A stretch of 64,000 nucleotides of DNA from Phoronis australis (Eukaryota; Animalia; Phoronida), in assembly GCA_002633005.1 (NCBI GenBank), contig NMRA01000570.1, positions 95,737 to 159,736 of the forward strand, read 5' to 3'. The notes under the pieces are model-generated. The model worked only from the letters and a program-made list of their open reading frames with translations. It had not been told where the DNA came from and did no database searches. The position numbers and the translations under genes were made by a program. Positions within the stretch are counted from its first letter, which is position 1, and every line of letters starts with the position of its first letter. Positions 26,901-41,900 of this stretch are shown here, one piece after another.

Positions 26901-29900
26901 GGTCCTTTTGGCTTCGACACCAGATTTGCTCTGAGGTTGTAAGTCGGTGCACCAAAGTTCACAAAACAGCTGATTACAACTCCAGTACAAAGTTTTTAAT
27001 AGTAAAAACAATCAACTTTAATTTGAAAAAATGTACCTCAAATTCGTATTACAGCAAAGCTATAATTACTAATTCAAAAAATAAATGCCATAATTGTTTT
27101 TATTTCTTTCAAGAGTGTTTACACTTCTCTAAAATTCATAAAGTTTCACCATGAATGATGGCCGCTTAGTGCAGACTGTGCCAATATATTTGAGTGAATA
27201 CAAAAAAGCGATCATTCCTCTTTTATGCCATGTTGCATGTTTAATTCATGAAGCTTTAGTGAATGCAAACTATATACTTTTTAACATTTACTCAACGCAT
27301 GGTCCATAGAAATCACAGGTCACAGTGGTTTAAAAAGGTAATAGATTAGGCTCATTCAGGTATGTATCACTTACCTGTGCTTGTTTGTTAACAGCCACCT
27401 GAACCTTGTTGGGGCCAATGTGCTTTACAATCTCTAACAGTATATCTTCATTACCAGCCCTGGCACAATAGTGAAGTGATGTCTCACTCGTCTGAAAATA
27501 ATAGAATGTCGGGGAATTTGCGTTTATGGCTTATGTTAATATTCTAACTATTTAAAGAAGAGATTGTATTTTTCAACTACTCTGCTTTTTAACAAACGTG
27601 TTCGACTAAACCATAATTCATACAGAAAGATTATTTTTCTTTTAAACAATCTGGTTCTCAGAAAATGGGGAGAGGTTATACAAATACATTCAGCTAGGTT
27701 ATTGCAGAATTAATTTTATGATGGTAATCAGACTACGAACATCTACGCATGTAATACCCCCGTCACACCGGAGGTGCGGTACCACTGTGGTGCTTGTATG
27801 GCATAAACTGCAGTGGCACCGCCATGTTTTCTGTGGTTCTGCCATAGATCGCCATAGCACCGCAGAAAACTGTCAAAACCGCAGACCTTCAAGGTGGCAT
27901 GGCGGAAACTTTGAACATGTTCAAAATTTCCACAGTTCCACCGCAGGTTGGGCCAATCCACAGTGGGATCGCCGCGACACCGTCATGACTGTTGTGGCAC
28001 CGTACAAGGACCACAGTAGCATTTCCATCACTGTCATGCTTCCGCAGTTCAACCAGCGTGCAATCGCCGAAAAGGTAGACTGTCGACCCTATGGCAATCC
28101 CATGGCAAAGAAGAACACATGTGTGACGGGAAAAACTATGAAACACTACAGGCGGTGTCACTACCGTGATGGTGGTTTTGATCAAAGACCGTTGAGGCAC
28201 CGCGCCTCTGGTGTGTGACGGGATATTACATTTAATTCTACGGAATGTTATCAAGTGAGAATACTAAGAGAGAGATCCCTTTAAAAATAGGTATTTTACA
28301 AAATTTTACAGCCATTTATAAGGTCAGCAGATTTTAGAAAAAAGCACTTCCATTGGTTAGACGTGTAGATTTTCAATAAATTACATGGAATTGCACAGTT
28401 TATAATCAAACTAAATTAACACAACAAGGAAGATACCGCATGAAATGTGTGGTATCGTGATTATACAAAATACAAGAATATTAAACAAAAAATTCCTTAC
28501 ATATTTGCTGTGTTGATTTGTGTCACCACCATATTCTAGCATCAGTTTTATCATGTCTGTGTCTTCAAACTCTCCATGAGCCGACTTCTTCGTCAGCTCA
28601 GCCGCGTAGTGTACACAACTCTCGCCCTCCTGTACAGAGTGGTTGAAATCATTGACAGGCATATAGCAATGGCTACATATTCAAACAATCTACTGATCTG
28701 AATAAAAATTTCCTTTGGCAATTGACATTTTTAATGATTCACTGTAAAAAAAATTTGCAGAAAAAACACCTAGGCTATCAAAGCAATAAGACACAACTAG
28801 AAATTAACACAAAGTGGCAAAACTATTTAACCAAATGTTTAACGTCATGTAACCATGGTAACGTGAACATCAGTTATTGCAGCACACAAATGAGACTACA
28901 GTATATCTGACCACAGGTCTTACCAAGTTTTGTTGATTTACCAGCATGGTGGCATCGATTTTTGACTTGGTTGTAGACACGAAGGTCAATATCTCATTTG
29001 CAACACCCCAGTGACAATAGCGCACGGCTATGTGAAGAGGAGTCTCCCCATTCTGAAAGAGAACATTCAACTAAATTTAACATCATGACAAAAACGCATG
29101 TAGAAATGAATTGCCAACGACGAGAAACAAAACGTGTTCAAAACAAAACAACGGGAACGTTCATACCCACAGGGAGGGAGGACGACTGTGAACACTGAAG
29201 TTCTGTTTACAACAGTCTTTATCAAATAGCTTTTCAGGCGCGTGAGCAGTGAAATGTCGGTATATGCTTCAGCGTGTGATAGTGTTTACATACCTTGGAC
29301 TGCCACAAGGGGTCAGCACCTTCTTCTAGCAATGCTCGGATCATTTTTAAGTGACCATGACGAGATGCAATGTGAAGAGCTGTTTCACCATTCTGAAACA
29401 ACAATCATTATCTATATCCTGTTTCATCAAGAATGTGACTCAGTCCTAAACAAAACTACCAGGGGATTAACCTTAGCTGACATTTCAAAATAATCCTTTT
29501 CAATACACGCCTGCTGAACGCACTCCCACTAATTTTTGGAGGTCTTCATTTTTTAGCAACTTGTTTGCTAGTCTCGTCAAATGTAGTATTTCAACTGACG
29601 ACATAGGACATATGTGACAACAGACAGGCTCTCTCATTTTTTGAATTGGACTTCAGATACTCTCTAATTACTAACAAAGATCAAATGAATAATTGTCCAA
29701 ACACTTTCAGGGGTTTTGCCATTTTCTTTCAACATTTATCAATATTTGCTTCTGATCACGGACACATTCCACCCTTACCTCCTGCACAGCGTTCACATCC
29801 GCTCCACTTTTAATCAACATTTCAGCACAGCTTTCGCCATCCTCAGTCTCGGCAGCGAGGTGAAGGGCGGTCTCAAGGTTCTAAACGAGAAACAAGCACC

Positions 29901-32900
29901 TCCCTTCACAAACCTACATTTTTATGAATTCTACTTGTTTAATGTTTTAAACGCAACATTTTAAATGTCATTCGTTTATGAACACAAACCAGTCAATAGT
30001 TGAATATAAAAATACTAGATTTTACATGCTACAAGTATGATTATAATTTTCAGGTCAGGAAATTAACATTATAATTACCACAAATCCCTTATCGTGTAAT
30101 TAGATAATGGAGCCTTTATATATTAAAGCACAGACAGGGTGTCTAAGAACACAGCAACTCATCAAAAGCTCTCAGTCGCCATTTATTTCAACTTCACTTT
30201 AAAGGTATAGTGTACACTTCAGGGATAATTGTTTGATGATTATATTGCACTCAGTGGAACATAACTGTTTAAGACACAGTCTTCAGAACTTCTTACAACC
30301 AGGTTAAGTTGAGAGCACTTTGCTGACCTCTGTGCATCAGACTACTTGCGCAGTAATTCATTTCCAAGAGTAATACACCCACTCATAGGCTGTATACAGA
30401 TGTGATACTTAAGACGGTCGTGTTTTAAAACAGCTATTAACCCATTTTGCGTCAAAAAATAACTTTTCGTTAGACTACAATCACTTCCTCAAATTAAAGA
30501 TGGTTTCTGGGATTGTTAAGAACCAACACAATCATCAATGTTTGAGACAAGGATAAACCGCCTTGCTTGTCACGGCAGATCATTTTATGCGCCAAGCATG
30601 CTCATAACAAAACTTTCGAGATTTTCTAAGTTCAGATTCTGAAAAGAATTCTCACCAGAGTAACGAACATTAGGTGAGAACTTTCATACCAGTGAGTAGT
30701 TTATATCAAAAGTTACTGAATTTTTTACAGGAGCTGCAAGTTTCAAGCAAACAAAAAACAAATTTGGCAAGAAAACTGGAGATTATGGGTAAAGCATTCA
30801 CAAATATTGCTGCAGTTTTACGTTTCCATAGTGACAACCCAGTGGATAGAATGTACGAAAATAGGTCGGAGCAAAAACTGCAGATATTTTAAATCATCAG
30901 TATCACATCAGAGATTCAGTGAAACAACAACCAGACTTTTATGGAATTATCTCCCTATCACACACTCATAGATCTATGATATGAACTCCTAGGCTCAACT
31001 TACAGGTCCACCTTTGATTTCAACAGGAGCTCCAAAACCAAGCAGCGTCTGAACCACCTGAGGTTTACCTGCCTTCACAGCGATGTGCAAAGCTGTGTAG
31101 TTGTCCTACAATCACATGATTGACACGCATGATGGATTGTACTATGTAAATATAGTGAATGTAGGACAGTAACAACTAAGATTATATTTATTTGATTTCA
31201 TATAATAAGATGAAATCATTTACCTAAAATTTTACGCTGCGCCTGTGATTTTGAAACAGGTAAAAATGTTTGGTCATAAGACATGTATCTAAATTAGAAG
31301 AAAATTTTTCATGACAAGAAAACTTCTCACACTTTTCATTTTACTTCGCATTCTTCTGACATGCCTCTGTATTTCCTAATAGAAGCAACCATTGTAAATT
31401 AAAAGTGCGTTTTGCAAACCTTGACATTAGAACGGTGAAAGCACACCAGAATACACTTCAAATTTTAATTTGTTAATTAGCAGCCTGCAAAACTAAATAA
31501 ACTGTAGTTGTTGACAGTAATGTAAGCATCCCAGCTGATCATAAAGCATGGTCTTACCAGCTAAACTTATCCGAAACTTGCAGGTTGATGGCATAAAATA
31601 AAGAGAGATTACTAAGAGCACAAGAGCCCATAAGCTATGCTGACCTTTTTGAGAAGATGTTTATAGCGTCAACCACCAAGTACAGGAACAGTAAATAGTG
31701 TAATTCAAATATTAAACATACTAGTGCTAATGGGCACTGCAGTAAAATACAGATTTAACGACTACTTTGTCTAGTACTGACCTTAGTTTTTGAGTCAACT
31801 GTAGCCCCCTTCTGTAGCAGTGCCCGCACCACAGCCGTGTGACCCTTTTCAGCAGCTGCGTGTAAGCAGACGGCTCCCGACTGGAAACAGGAAGTGACAT
31901 TAGAGAAAAAAATCTAGCAATACAAGATACAAAAACTGTGCTGAGTTACAACACCAATGTATGACCAGAAAGAAAGATTTGACAACTTAAGCATGTTTAA
32001 TGATTGATTCAGTCATTACAGTGGTTTAAAAAGCGCCACTAAACATTACGTCTATATTACAGTAAATAAAACATGGATCACATTTTGTTGTTTTATTTAT
32101 GTAAATTTATTCTACTTTTCGACACACGAGTGTATCCGTTAGAGGATCTGGATCGCCTCTTTTAGTTTCGGATTTATTTTCTACGTTACTACAGTAAGGC
32201 GTACTTATATTGAAATTCAGAGACTTGTTACCCAACTGATAATGATGACAATTGATGTAGAAGGAATTTGTATTTCAGTGAAGAATGTGATCAAATTGTA
32301 CTTTTTCTTATTGGAGGAATTGTATGCAATGTATGACTGATAAGTAGATACCAGTAAAACAAATTTTTGGTGTAAGTGACCATAAAACCTCATACAAAAC
32401 ATGAGCAAAATTCAATACGGTCAAGTCAAGACAACACAAACTGTAACCATGACAACCTTGTTGGGCATGTGAAGTGGAACTCCTTTTTTCAGAAATGCCA
32501 TAGCTGTCTCTGCATGCCCACAGCGTGATGATATGTGCATCAAGGTGCTGCCATCTTTTGTCCGTGCTAGAACATTGGCCTTGAACTTTTCCACCAAGAT
32601 TTCAACCAAGCTGGTGTTACCACGCTCAGCAACAATATGGAGGGAAGTCCGATCCAGCTGCAAAACAAAGATGAATTTATCAGATTTATTAATTAAAATC
32701 ATTCTTACAGAGCCTATTTACTAATGAATCACACACTCCCACTTTTTGCCACTTTAAGTGTTTATTCCAAAAAATATGTCCAATGATTGCAGTTAAGACC
32801 AGAAATTGCTGGAAAACATTACATCTAGCCATTCTACAGTAAAATCTCAAAACCTCAGGACAAAATTTGGTGAACAAGAAATTCTTTTTTATTTTTAGAA

Positions 32901-35900
32901 AAGGTAAGGACTGTTCCGCTGAAATCATTGTAGGAGGCGGCAAGGTACTTGAAAGATAAATTAAAAGTGGTCGTGCTCAGAACAAATAAATAATTACCAG
33001 CTGTTCTCGTAAAAATAAAATATGGCTGCTTGTTGGCATTATTTGACACATAAAAGGCAATATCCCATTTCATGGAACAAAGCACATGTCCACAAAACTA
33101 AATTTTCACACATTACATCACAAGTTCCTTCCATGCATCACTGGGGAATTGAAATGGCCATTAGTGATGTCACTACTGCATTGCCACACAATTCCGATGT
33201 TAAGTGATGACGTGTCTACCACTAATATGACACGATTTGGACTTGCAAGTAGGAATAGGAATGCAGTTAGATCACATTATTTCTCAAAAATCATGCAGTT
33301 TAGCACTTGAAATTTTTACAAAATTATGTGTTTGGATTACTCAATTCCACACATTATTGTATGCTCCTGGCAAGTCGGGAAGGATAAAGATTAACCAGGT
33401 GCGTAGCCATGAAATAATTTTCAAAGCGCTTATTAATTTACAGCGCTACGTAAATGTAATCTAATTATTAATATTTTTGTCTTTAATTTTGGCATTTTAA
33501 TATTTAATTTTATTTGACTGGGTCCAAACCATTAAAATGACGTTGTTCTCTACAAGCCAATAGGTTTACTCAACTTGCACTAGTCATAATGGCCCATAGG
33601 CAATTATTCTAATCTCCGTGATCTACATGCCCCTGAAGTATACAGCTATTCGTTAATAGAGCTGTGCGTTTTTGTAAAGATTAGAATAATTAAGTGTCAG
33701 TATGAATGGATCCTTGAATGTCATTAGTCTAAGTGGCATTTTCCTGCACATACCTATATTACATAGTAAAACTATATTACATAACTAGATATTAATTATT
33801 AAACAGTGTTTGACTGTTTTTGTGCATCTGAAAGCCCAGGCTTTAGCTAGCAGCAGTAAAATATGTGCAAATTCAGTGACAAGCAATTAAAGTGCTCAAC
33901 GTAATAATATTAAATGTACGAAATATGTTGGGTTGCATTTCCAGTCATTAAAAGTTATAGGTTGTGGGTTAGGAAACTAAAATAAAAATGAAAAATATGC
34001 CCTCTCCCGCCTCACAAATTTTACTGGAGCAGCCCGAAATAGAAGTGTAGACATCCAGAAAAATGCTAGAATCTCTTGAAAATTGAGAAAATGGAAATTT
34101 AGGCAATTATATTTGTAAGATATGGCTGAGATTTAACCTTAGTGGTGCTGGGTTGTCAAGTTTTGGAACTGTTTTGATGTGCTCACACTCTTCAAATTGC
34201 TATCGATGTTAAGTCACTTAGAGTACATTGTATCACATCCAAAAGATGAAACTTGTCGTCTTGAAACTAAACCAGTCACATCTGTTGCGGAGCACGATAG
34301 CAGAAACAAGGTCAGTGGTGTAGATAGTGGTGGGGAATTGTCCCGCGTAACACTTTGACGGAGGGTGACGTCAGCAGTGGGATTGTGGCACAAAACTGGG
34401 GCGTGGACGGTGCAACATTGGTCATAATCCTAGCTATGTCATTGGATAAGCGACAACTTCCATTAGCCAATATGTACATAACATATGAGGGCCCTCTTGG
34501 AAAGAAGTGCTGTCACTGAAGAAGTCACCCTCATTTAAAACATTATACAATAAATAAATAAACAAAACAATTGCACTGACACATGAAGTTGAAGCTCTCC
34601 TATTTCCCCATTTGTATTTTAAAGGGTCGCTGAACAGCACCAGTTTCATACCTTGTCCACTACATTGGCATTAGCTTTCATTAAGAACAGATACTTCAGC
34701 ATGGCTTCATCACCTTCCCACGAACTGATGTGTACTGGTGTATAACCTTCAAACTGCAACACACAATGAAGAGAAGTTCAGGGAATAGAAACAATCCAGT
34801 GACCAGACCCACAAACAGTCCGACCAATCAGTTGTAGCTGCAGTATAAGATGATCACTTACTTAGAGACGTGGTAGGTTGGTTGTAGATGTTTCGAGCTG
34901 GTCCGCCAGGTATTTATCAATGAATGAGGGATTTCCTGCCTTTCGCTGGTTAAGAATGTTTGAATACACAGAAGGTAAGTGGAGACCGCAGTCCCGGTTC
35001 AAGAGGGGGCGCACCCAACGTAAGGCGGGAAATCCCTAATTTATTGATAAAGACCTGGCGGACCAGGTCGAAATGTCTGCAACCAACCTACCACGTCTCT
35101 AAATAAGTGATCATCTTATACTTCAATGCCTCTTGAGACCAATGACCAACCTATTCTCCAAAATCAGATTTTGTCCTGAAAATTTTGAATACTAAAAATA
35201 ACTTTATCTAGTAAAAAGCGTTTTAAATGTCTGCAGTATTAATGATACCAACAATAACCCGTAATTTCTGGAATTCAAAAATTTGCTACTAACAACAGAA
35301 ATTTCAGAACCTGAAGGCGTTATATTCAAATTTCATGACTTTTCTTTTGGTGTGTTCAAATACTATCTAAAGTTCCACGACTTTTTCCAGACAAACCCAA
35401 ATATTTCAAGTCTCTTACAAATCATGTGATATGCAGCCAAAGTGTTTACAGAATCCAGTCACAGGATCTTTAGCTCCTGTCAAAGAATTCATAAATCATC
35501 CTGGCTAATGAGAAGTTTTCTCCCTCTGTTTATAAAACATCAGAGTCACACAGAACAGAGGGAATAAATGGAAATGTTGAATGATAACAGCCCTTTACAA
35601 TTTGCAATGTCAATATACTCATCTGTTAATACAAGTATACCATTAAATGCCAATTATACAGTTCATTGTAATGAATAAGTAATCAGCTGTTCACCTCTCA
35701 GCTACATCAGTGCTTGTCCCATTTGAAAATTGGTAGAAATAATATCGTGGATTTCTCAAGCAAATTTTTACTAGGAAAAAAATTTGCATTGGGACACAAA
35801 TTTCCCAGGATTCCGAGTTCCACCTAATTTTGTTGGACTAATACTAGGAAAAATTATTCATGACCAACAAGGTTTCTAGGACTTCAAAATACATGTGCCC

Positions 35901-38900
35901 CATTAGAATACAACTTCCTGTTTTACAAATTAATTGTAACGTAAACAGTAAACATTTCTTGTGTATGGCTCAAAAGATAGTAATCAAGCTGTTGATTACT
36001 GATAGCCATCCTAAGGTTCAGTTAGTGTGCCATGTGGGTACAATGGTGCAGCATGTTTACATAACAGACAAAGTCAGGAACTTAGTGCAGTGGATACAAG
36101 GTATTTCATTCTCTCAATGACCAAATAAAAATACTGTAAAAATTATGTAGGACCTTATTGACAAGTTTGTGCATTCACCCAAATATCTACAAAACTATAG
36201 AATTTCACTCAGTAAAAGAACTTATTTCTTGAAAGTAGAAAGCCTGAAGAATTTGATTTTTGACTTCCTACCAACCCACCATTGATTGGATCATGTGACC
36301 ATGTCGTTTTAGTTATAATCTGCAGACTAAAGGTACATTCATGACTAATTATTGGCAACAGTAACATGCTCAAATTTCTTCTGTTACAGTTTTCTTTAAT
36401 TATCATTTTAAGTTTCATGCAACTTTTGAGTTTTTGCATAGAAATCATGAAAGTCCTTTTCGTATAAAGCATAGTATAGCATAGTATCTGAACGTTTCTT
36501 TTGTATCCAACCACCCATTTCTAAGATAGGATGTCAAATTTCGACATTTTTCCACGGGGTCCATCTCATAACTTTAAGAAAAAATCACTCACTTGTTAGC
36601 ATGGTCACCAAACATTTGGAAATTAATTGAATTTGCAGCAATGTACGAAATATTTAAAAATATTGCAAAGTGGCCAGTTTAGTAACTGTCTGCATCCCAA
36701 GCTGAAGAATTTTTGCAGTAGCTTAAATTTACATTTTGAAGGTCAACCGGAGCACCGCTTTCAACAAATAGCTTGGCTAGTTCTGTGTCTTTACGTCGGC
36801 AGGCTACATGAAGCACAGAATCTCCACTGTCCTGAAAAAAAACAAATTTCAAAGTATTACATCAACCAACAATTGCTGTACAAAATGCTGAAAAAGTTAA
36901 AATTTACTTGAAAACAAATTTCTCAACATCTATTTTCTACAAAATTTTAGGAACAAATTTATATGTACGGAAACTTGATACCAATTCACATTTTTCAATT
37001 TCCAAATTTTGACTTGCAAAAATATACCCACTAGTTCACAACTAAATTATTTTAAAACAATGGAGCTTTATATGATGAATTTAATTCAGGTTTTCATTCC
37101 TGTCTTGGTGATTTTGGTTTGCTATTGAATTTATTGTTGGCAAACCAAGACAGTGATAAATTGAACACTGAATTGTCTTTAGCTGAATGTTTTAAAAGTT
37201 AGCAGGTGAATTTTTTATAATCTCCAGGGCTGGACAGGATTCTTTAAACGTTTTAAAAATTGTGCTTGTTTGTCTAAGTTAAAAAACTTTTATACTAAAG
37301 TTGTATAATCAAATTTTAAACAGCGTCATTTATCTTATTCCATGAACACCAATGTACAAAAATGACTTAAGACAACGCCAATAACCATAGTTGCTATGCA
37401 ACTGTTAAAAAGTTGAGGGGAAGATAAAGGAATTGTGTCATAAGACCAAGCAGATTTAACGGAAAATACTCCACTGCTGACATGTTTGTTTTACACATCT
37501 TGCTGAGGGATGGGGGCAGACTTTACTGTCTCTTTGTGGATTTCAAGAAAGCTTTTGACCAGGTGTGGATGACGTGGCTTAAATATAAGTTTCACCTTTA
37601 AATCGTGTGTGTGTCTTTGAACCAAGACCTAGACGTTACAGACTATTGCGACTGTGTTAGGGTATGCCAATTGCTCCCATTTTATTTGATTGCTTATTAC
37701 TGATCGTGGGCAAAAGTTTCAAGTAGACAACTCCACGCTATGAGCATCAGTAAGTCTTTTAAATGTTTAGTCTTCTGTGTGCTGATGATTGAGTAATATT
37801 TGTAAAAAAAAATGCAATGACGTGTACATAATATTGATAATTTGTTGAAAGTGGATGTTAGTTATTAACACAACATACAGTAGTGCCACTGTAGTCACTG
37901 ATACAACACAGCAGTACCCCTACCTTTCGCTGTGTCTTTACTTGATGTTCTGTTTGTTGCTGAAGGAGTTCTTTACACACAGACAGGTTGCCAACTTCAG
38001 CAGCAAGGAACAGGGGGATGCACCCATCCTGATATGAAAGATATAAAATTTTGTACGCTTCTGCATAAAACTTTAGTTATAATTAGGCTAATTCTACATG
38101 TGTTGGGTGTATATACTCATAATTACCTCTGCTATGTGACATTAAAACGACCTGGACACCATAAAATTATCATTTTCTAGAGAATTAAGAAACACGTACA
38201 AAATTTTGAAATGAACGAGAGTTTTTGGTGATGAAGAACTTTTAATCCAGAATTGTTTAGGATATGTGAGACAACCAAATTTGGTGCACTTTGGAACATC
38301 AAATATCAGAGATAGCTGATAGGATTTAATTAAAACTTTCAGACTGTATCTTATTCACAGCTCTCCAAAATGCAAGGAACCTTTTTCAAAGTGTTCTACT
38401 TTGACATGAAGGGCTATCAAAAATTGGTTCTTTCATTAAAAGACTCAGGAGTTGCAAAGAATTGTTAAACCAAAAACTGTTAATTAGCAAGACACATCAT
38501 AAAAATCTTGGCAGCCTTAAAACTTGAACAGAATGTTGGGGCGACAAAAATTTGAATTGAAAATCCAAGAGAACACAACCACAATGGTTTGTAATACTCA
38601 AACTTGGAAGCGAAACAAAAGAACTTAGTCTGGATAATTAAAAACCATGTGTTTAAAAATTCACCATAACAAAATGAAGCATCACTTTTAACAAACAGTG
38701 TGAGTGGGTAGTAAATACCGACTTTGTCATTAACGTTCTTGTTACGTTAACAGTACCTTATCCTGGGCCAGACGTCCATCCCTGCCAGATACCTTAAACA
38801 GGTGCTGTACTGCTGGCAGGGCACCCGAGGACCGCGCACACGCCATATGTAGGGGCAGCTGGTCTTTAGGCTGCAAAGCACAATGAACGTGTCAAATGAT

Positions 38901-41900
38901 GTACTTGTTCAGCCAACCTGGCTTCACACCAAAGTACTTCAAAGGAAGAGGAATCATTAAATAAAACGACTACTTAGAACATGCTCATGGGCGGCACACC
39001 ATAGGGGCTGAGGTCTATAGCCCTCCACTTACTTCAGTGCTGCCCCGCTCATGGACATGGGTTTCACAGAATTTTAACATAGAGTAGCTGTTTAAACTGA
39101 CAATAAACCATAAAAGAAACTAATATTAATTTAGACCAGGAACAGCTATAAAACTCGTCTCAACTAGTTCCTATGGTAAAGTATTACCAATTATGACAAA
39201 AATAATTGCTAAAACTGTCCTTTTTACATTTTTTAAAAGACTTTCAAAATTGTTGTGATCACCCCAACTGATGGCAGCTATAGTACAGCACTTGAACATA
39301 GAAAAGCATTGATTCGGTACTAGACATATCTTTCGTGGAGAAAATAATAAAATGAAATTTCGCTTGTCCAACAGTTTGTCTCCTAAATTAGTAAGATTGT
39401 GCAGGAACCAAAACAAGAACCAACTTCTGTATTTGGATAAACTAACACTTAATTAGTTTCATGACCCACCCTAACAAGCCAATGTGTACAGCTTAGTCAG
39501 GTTATCCAAGCCAAAAATGTGTCTAATTTGATTAAGGAACAATACGTTGAGACCAATTGTATGGTAAATGGTCCAAGACAACAGTTAGTTTTTGTGTTGG
39601 AAGACAGGTTTGTAGCCCCTTCCAACATGCGTGTTAACATTATACAGTCGGGAAACCTAGAGCTCAAATCATAAATATGTTTATTCATTCAAATCATAAA
39701 GATATGGAAAAATTCAGTTTGCAATGTTGTGTTTGTGAATCACTTAACAAATTCTTCCGTCTTAGTGAGAAATCACAAAAGGACTTTGCAGCAGCAGAGT
39801 TGCATAAAAACAACTATGCATTCAAAATCTTTGAGATTCCTTTTTCAAGAGAGTCAGTTCAAATAAAACATGTCACTAAAATCCTTTGGAAAGACTTTCA
39901 AAAATTCCCAAAAAGGCTTTTAAATATCATGCTATATGTGTGGCCAAAAATGTGTAATTTTCATTAATTCCATGCTGCGGATTCAAGGATTATTCAATCG
40001 TTAAGTTGTCAAGCAATATTAAATAATGCTTTCAGCAAAATTTTAAAATGTGAGGATCTTCAATGCTATGTTAACATGATAAAGAGTTTAATTGCTGTTT
40101 TAATTGCCATTTTAATCGCCATTCTTGGGTATTTCCATAGAAGCTTCAACCGTTACTTAAATTACCAATCCAAAACACCATTCTCTGTCAGTAATTAAGT
40201 GGACAACAACATTTGTCTCGCCACTGAAGTCTGTTCGTCTCAGTAGGTATCCACAATTTTGCATTTGTCCATTGAAAACCATACAAAAGAGGGAAATGAA
40301 GTAATGATCAAAATTAAAAGTTTAATAGGTAGACTGGAGTGATGATCTAAATAGCTTTAAATGAGCTATCGAAACACGTAAGTAAGTGGTGCCAATACCA
40401 GTCGGTGTTCTGCCAATCAGTGCATCAACTGACAATATCACTCACCCCACCGGCAACTGTTCCATCTGCCTTGCGATTGATGAGAACTTTAATAATATCT
40501 TCTTTGGCATACGAAGCAGCATAATGCATAACCGTGCGGTTATCCTGAAAAGGAAGTTGAGAACCCCATTTCATATTCATCGTTGTGTTTAGCACTAGGA
40601 TTCCTTGATTCAAGAAACAACATGGTGGAAAACTGACTTCCATTTTGTTAAAATGTAGCATGAGTAATAATGGTTCAGTAGTCCCACAGTGAAGGCAAAG
40701 CTTGAGAATCCAATGAACTAGGCATTACGCATGCTGAAAAGGGGCTTATCAGTATTTGTTCTTCCACTGCTGCTGTTGAAATACTTACAAAAGGTGGCCA
40801 TAATTAGTTAAGACATGCAAACCAGTTTACTTAGTATGGACCACAGAAAACAAACAGTTTATTTTAAGTTTTTCAAACCTACCAAACATAACTATCAGAT
40901 GTCAGTACGTGCGTGCATGCGTGTACATAACCTGGCACAATTAGTGTTAAGGTTCAAGAAACCACTTAAGTTTTTAATAATAATTTTTAATAAACACCTG
41001 AGCCCCAGTGGTTACCTATGCAGACGTTCTGACATTAATATGCAAGGTTTAAAACAAGCTCAGTGCTTTGCAGTACAAACAAAATAATCAGAGTGCAAGT
41101 CTGTTATAGTATAAGAAAACATCGTGAAAATCATTAAGACTCAAGGCATGAAGGTAGCAATGTTGAGGCAACAAGCTTGGAGTATAACACAGTTATCAGC
41201 TGAGTAACCTGGAGACATGTTATCACTGTGTTCACAACTAACTGGGTCAATCAACCTCAGACACAGACCCCCACACATGTATTCCGCACATATCTTGAGA
41301 AACAAGGTGTCAGAAAAATAGATACATCACAACTTGAGTATGTCAAACCATCACCTCATGTCTTACAGCTACATTCTTATCAATAGTTCTGGGGTAATAT
41401 CTCACCAATTTAGGATACATAATTACAGAAAAGTGACTTTTTCGTTAGGCACAAAATTGATAATTTTGAATTATAATTTTCAAGTTGTAAATCAAATATA
41501 GCTACTATCAGAATTGAGAAACAATTTGATAGAATTTTGAAAAAATGTCAATTTTGACAACTATTTTTCCGAAATTGGTGAGATAGTATTGTTCTAAGGC
41601 AGATAAAACTTGTTCTGAATCAACTAGAGAAAATTTTATCATGTACTTTTTAAACGATGAGACTGCATTACTCTGATATGACACGGATATCATGAGAGGG
41701 GGCAGACATTACTTTACACAGAGGGCACATTTGTAACTACCCTTAAAACGATCTGCCAACGTTTTTATTATCAGAAGCTTGGCACTCTCAGGCTCCCAGA
41801 AATTTGCCAACAGGCTTTCTGTTTATGCTGCAGTGCATACCTGTCCCTTTGTAAAGAGAATGTCTCAAAAAAATATTCTGAAAGCAAAACATCAGCTTCT

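Noticed and set aside
27718-28254. Overlapping ORFs of 166, 121 and 72 aa
   Set aside because: They coincide with a GC-rich MITE; open frames reflect low stop-codon frequency and show no recognisable protein motif
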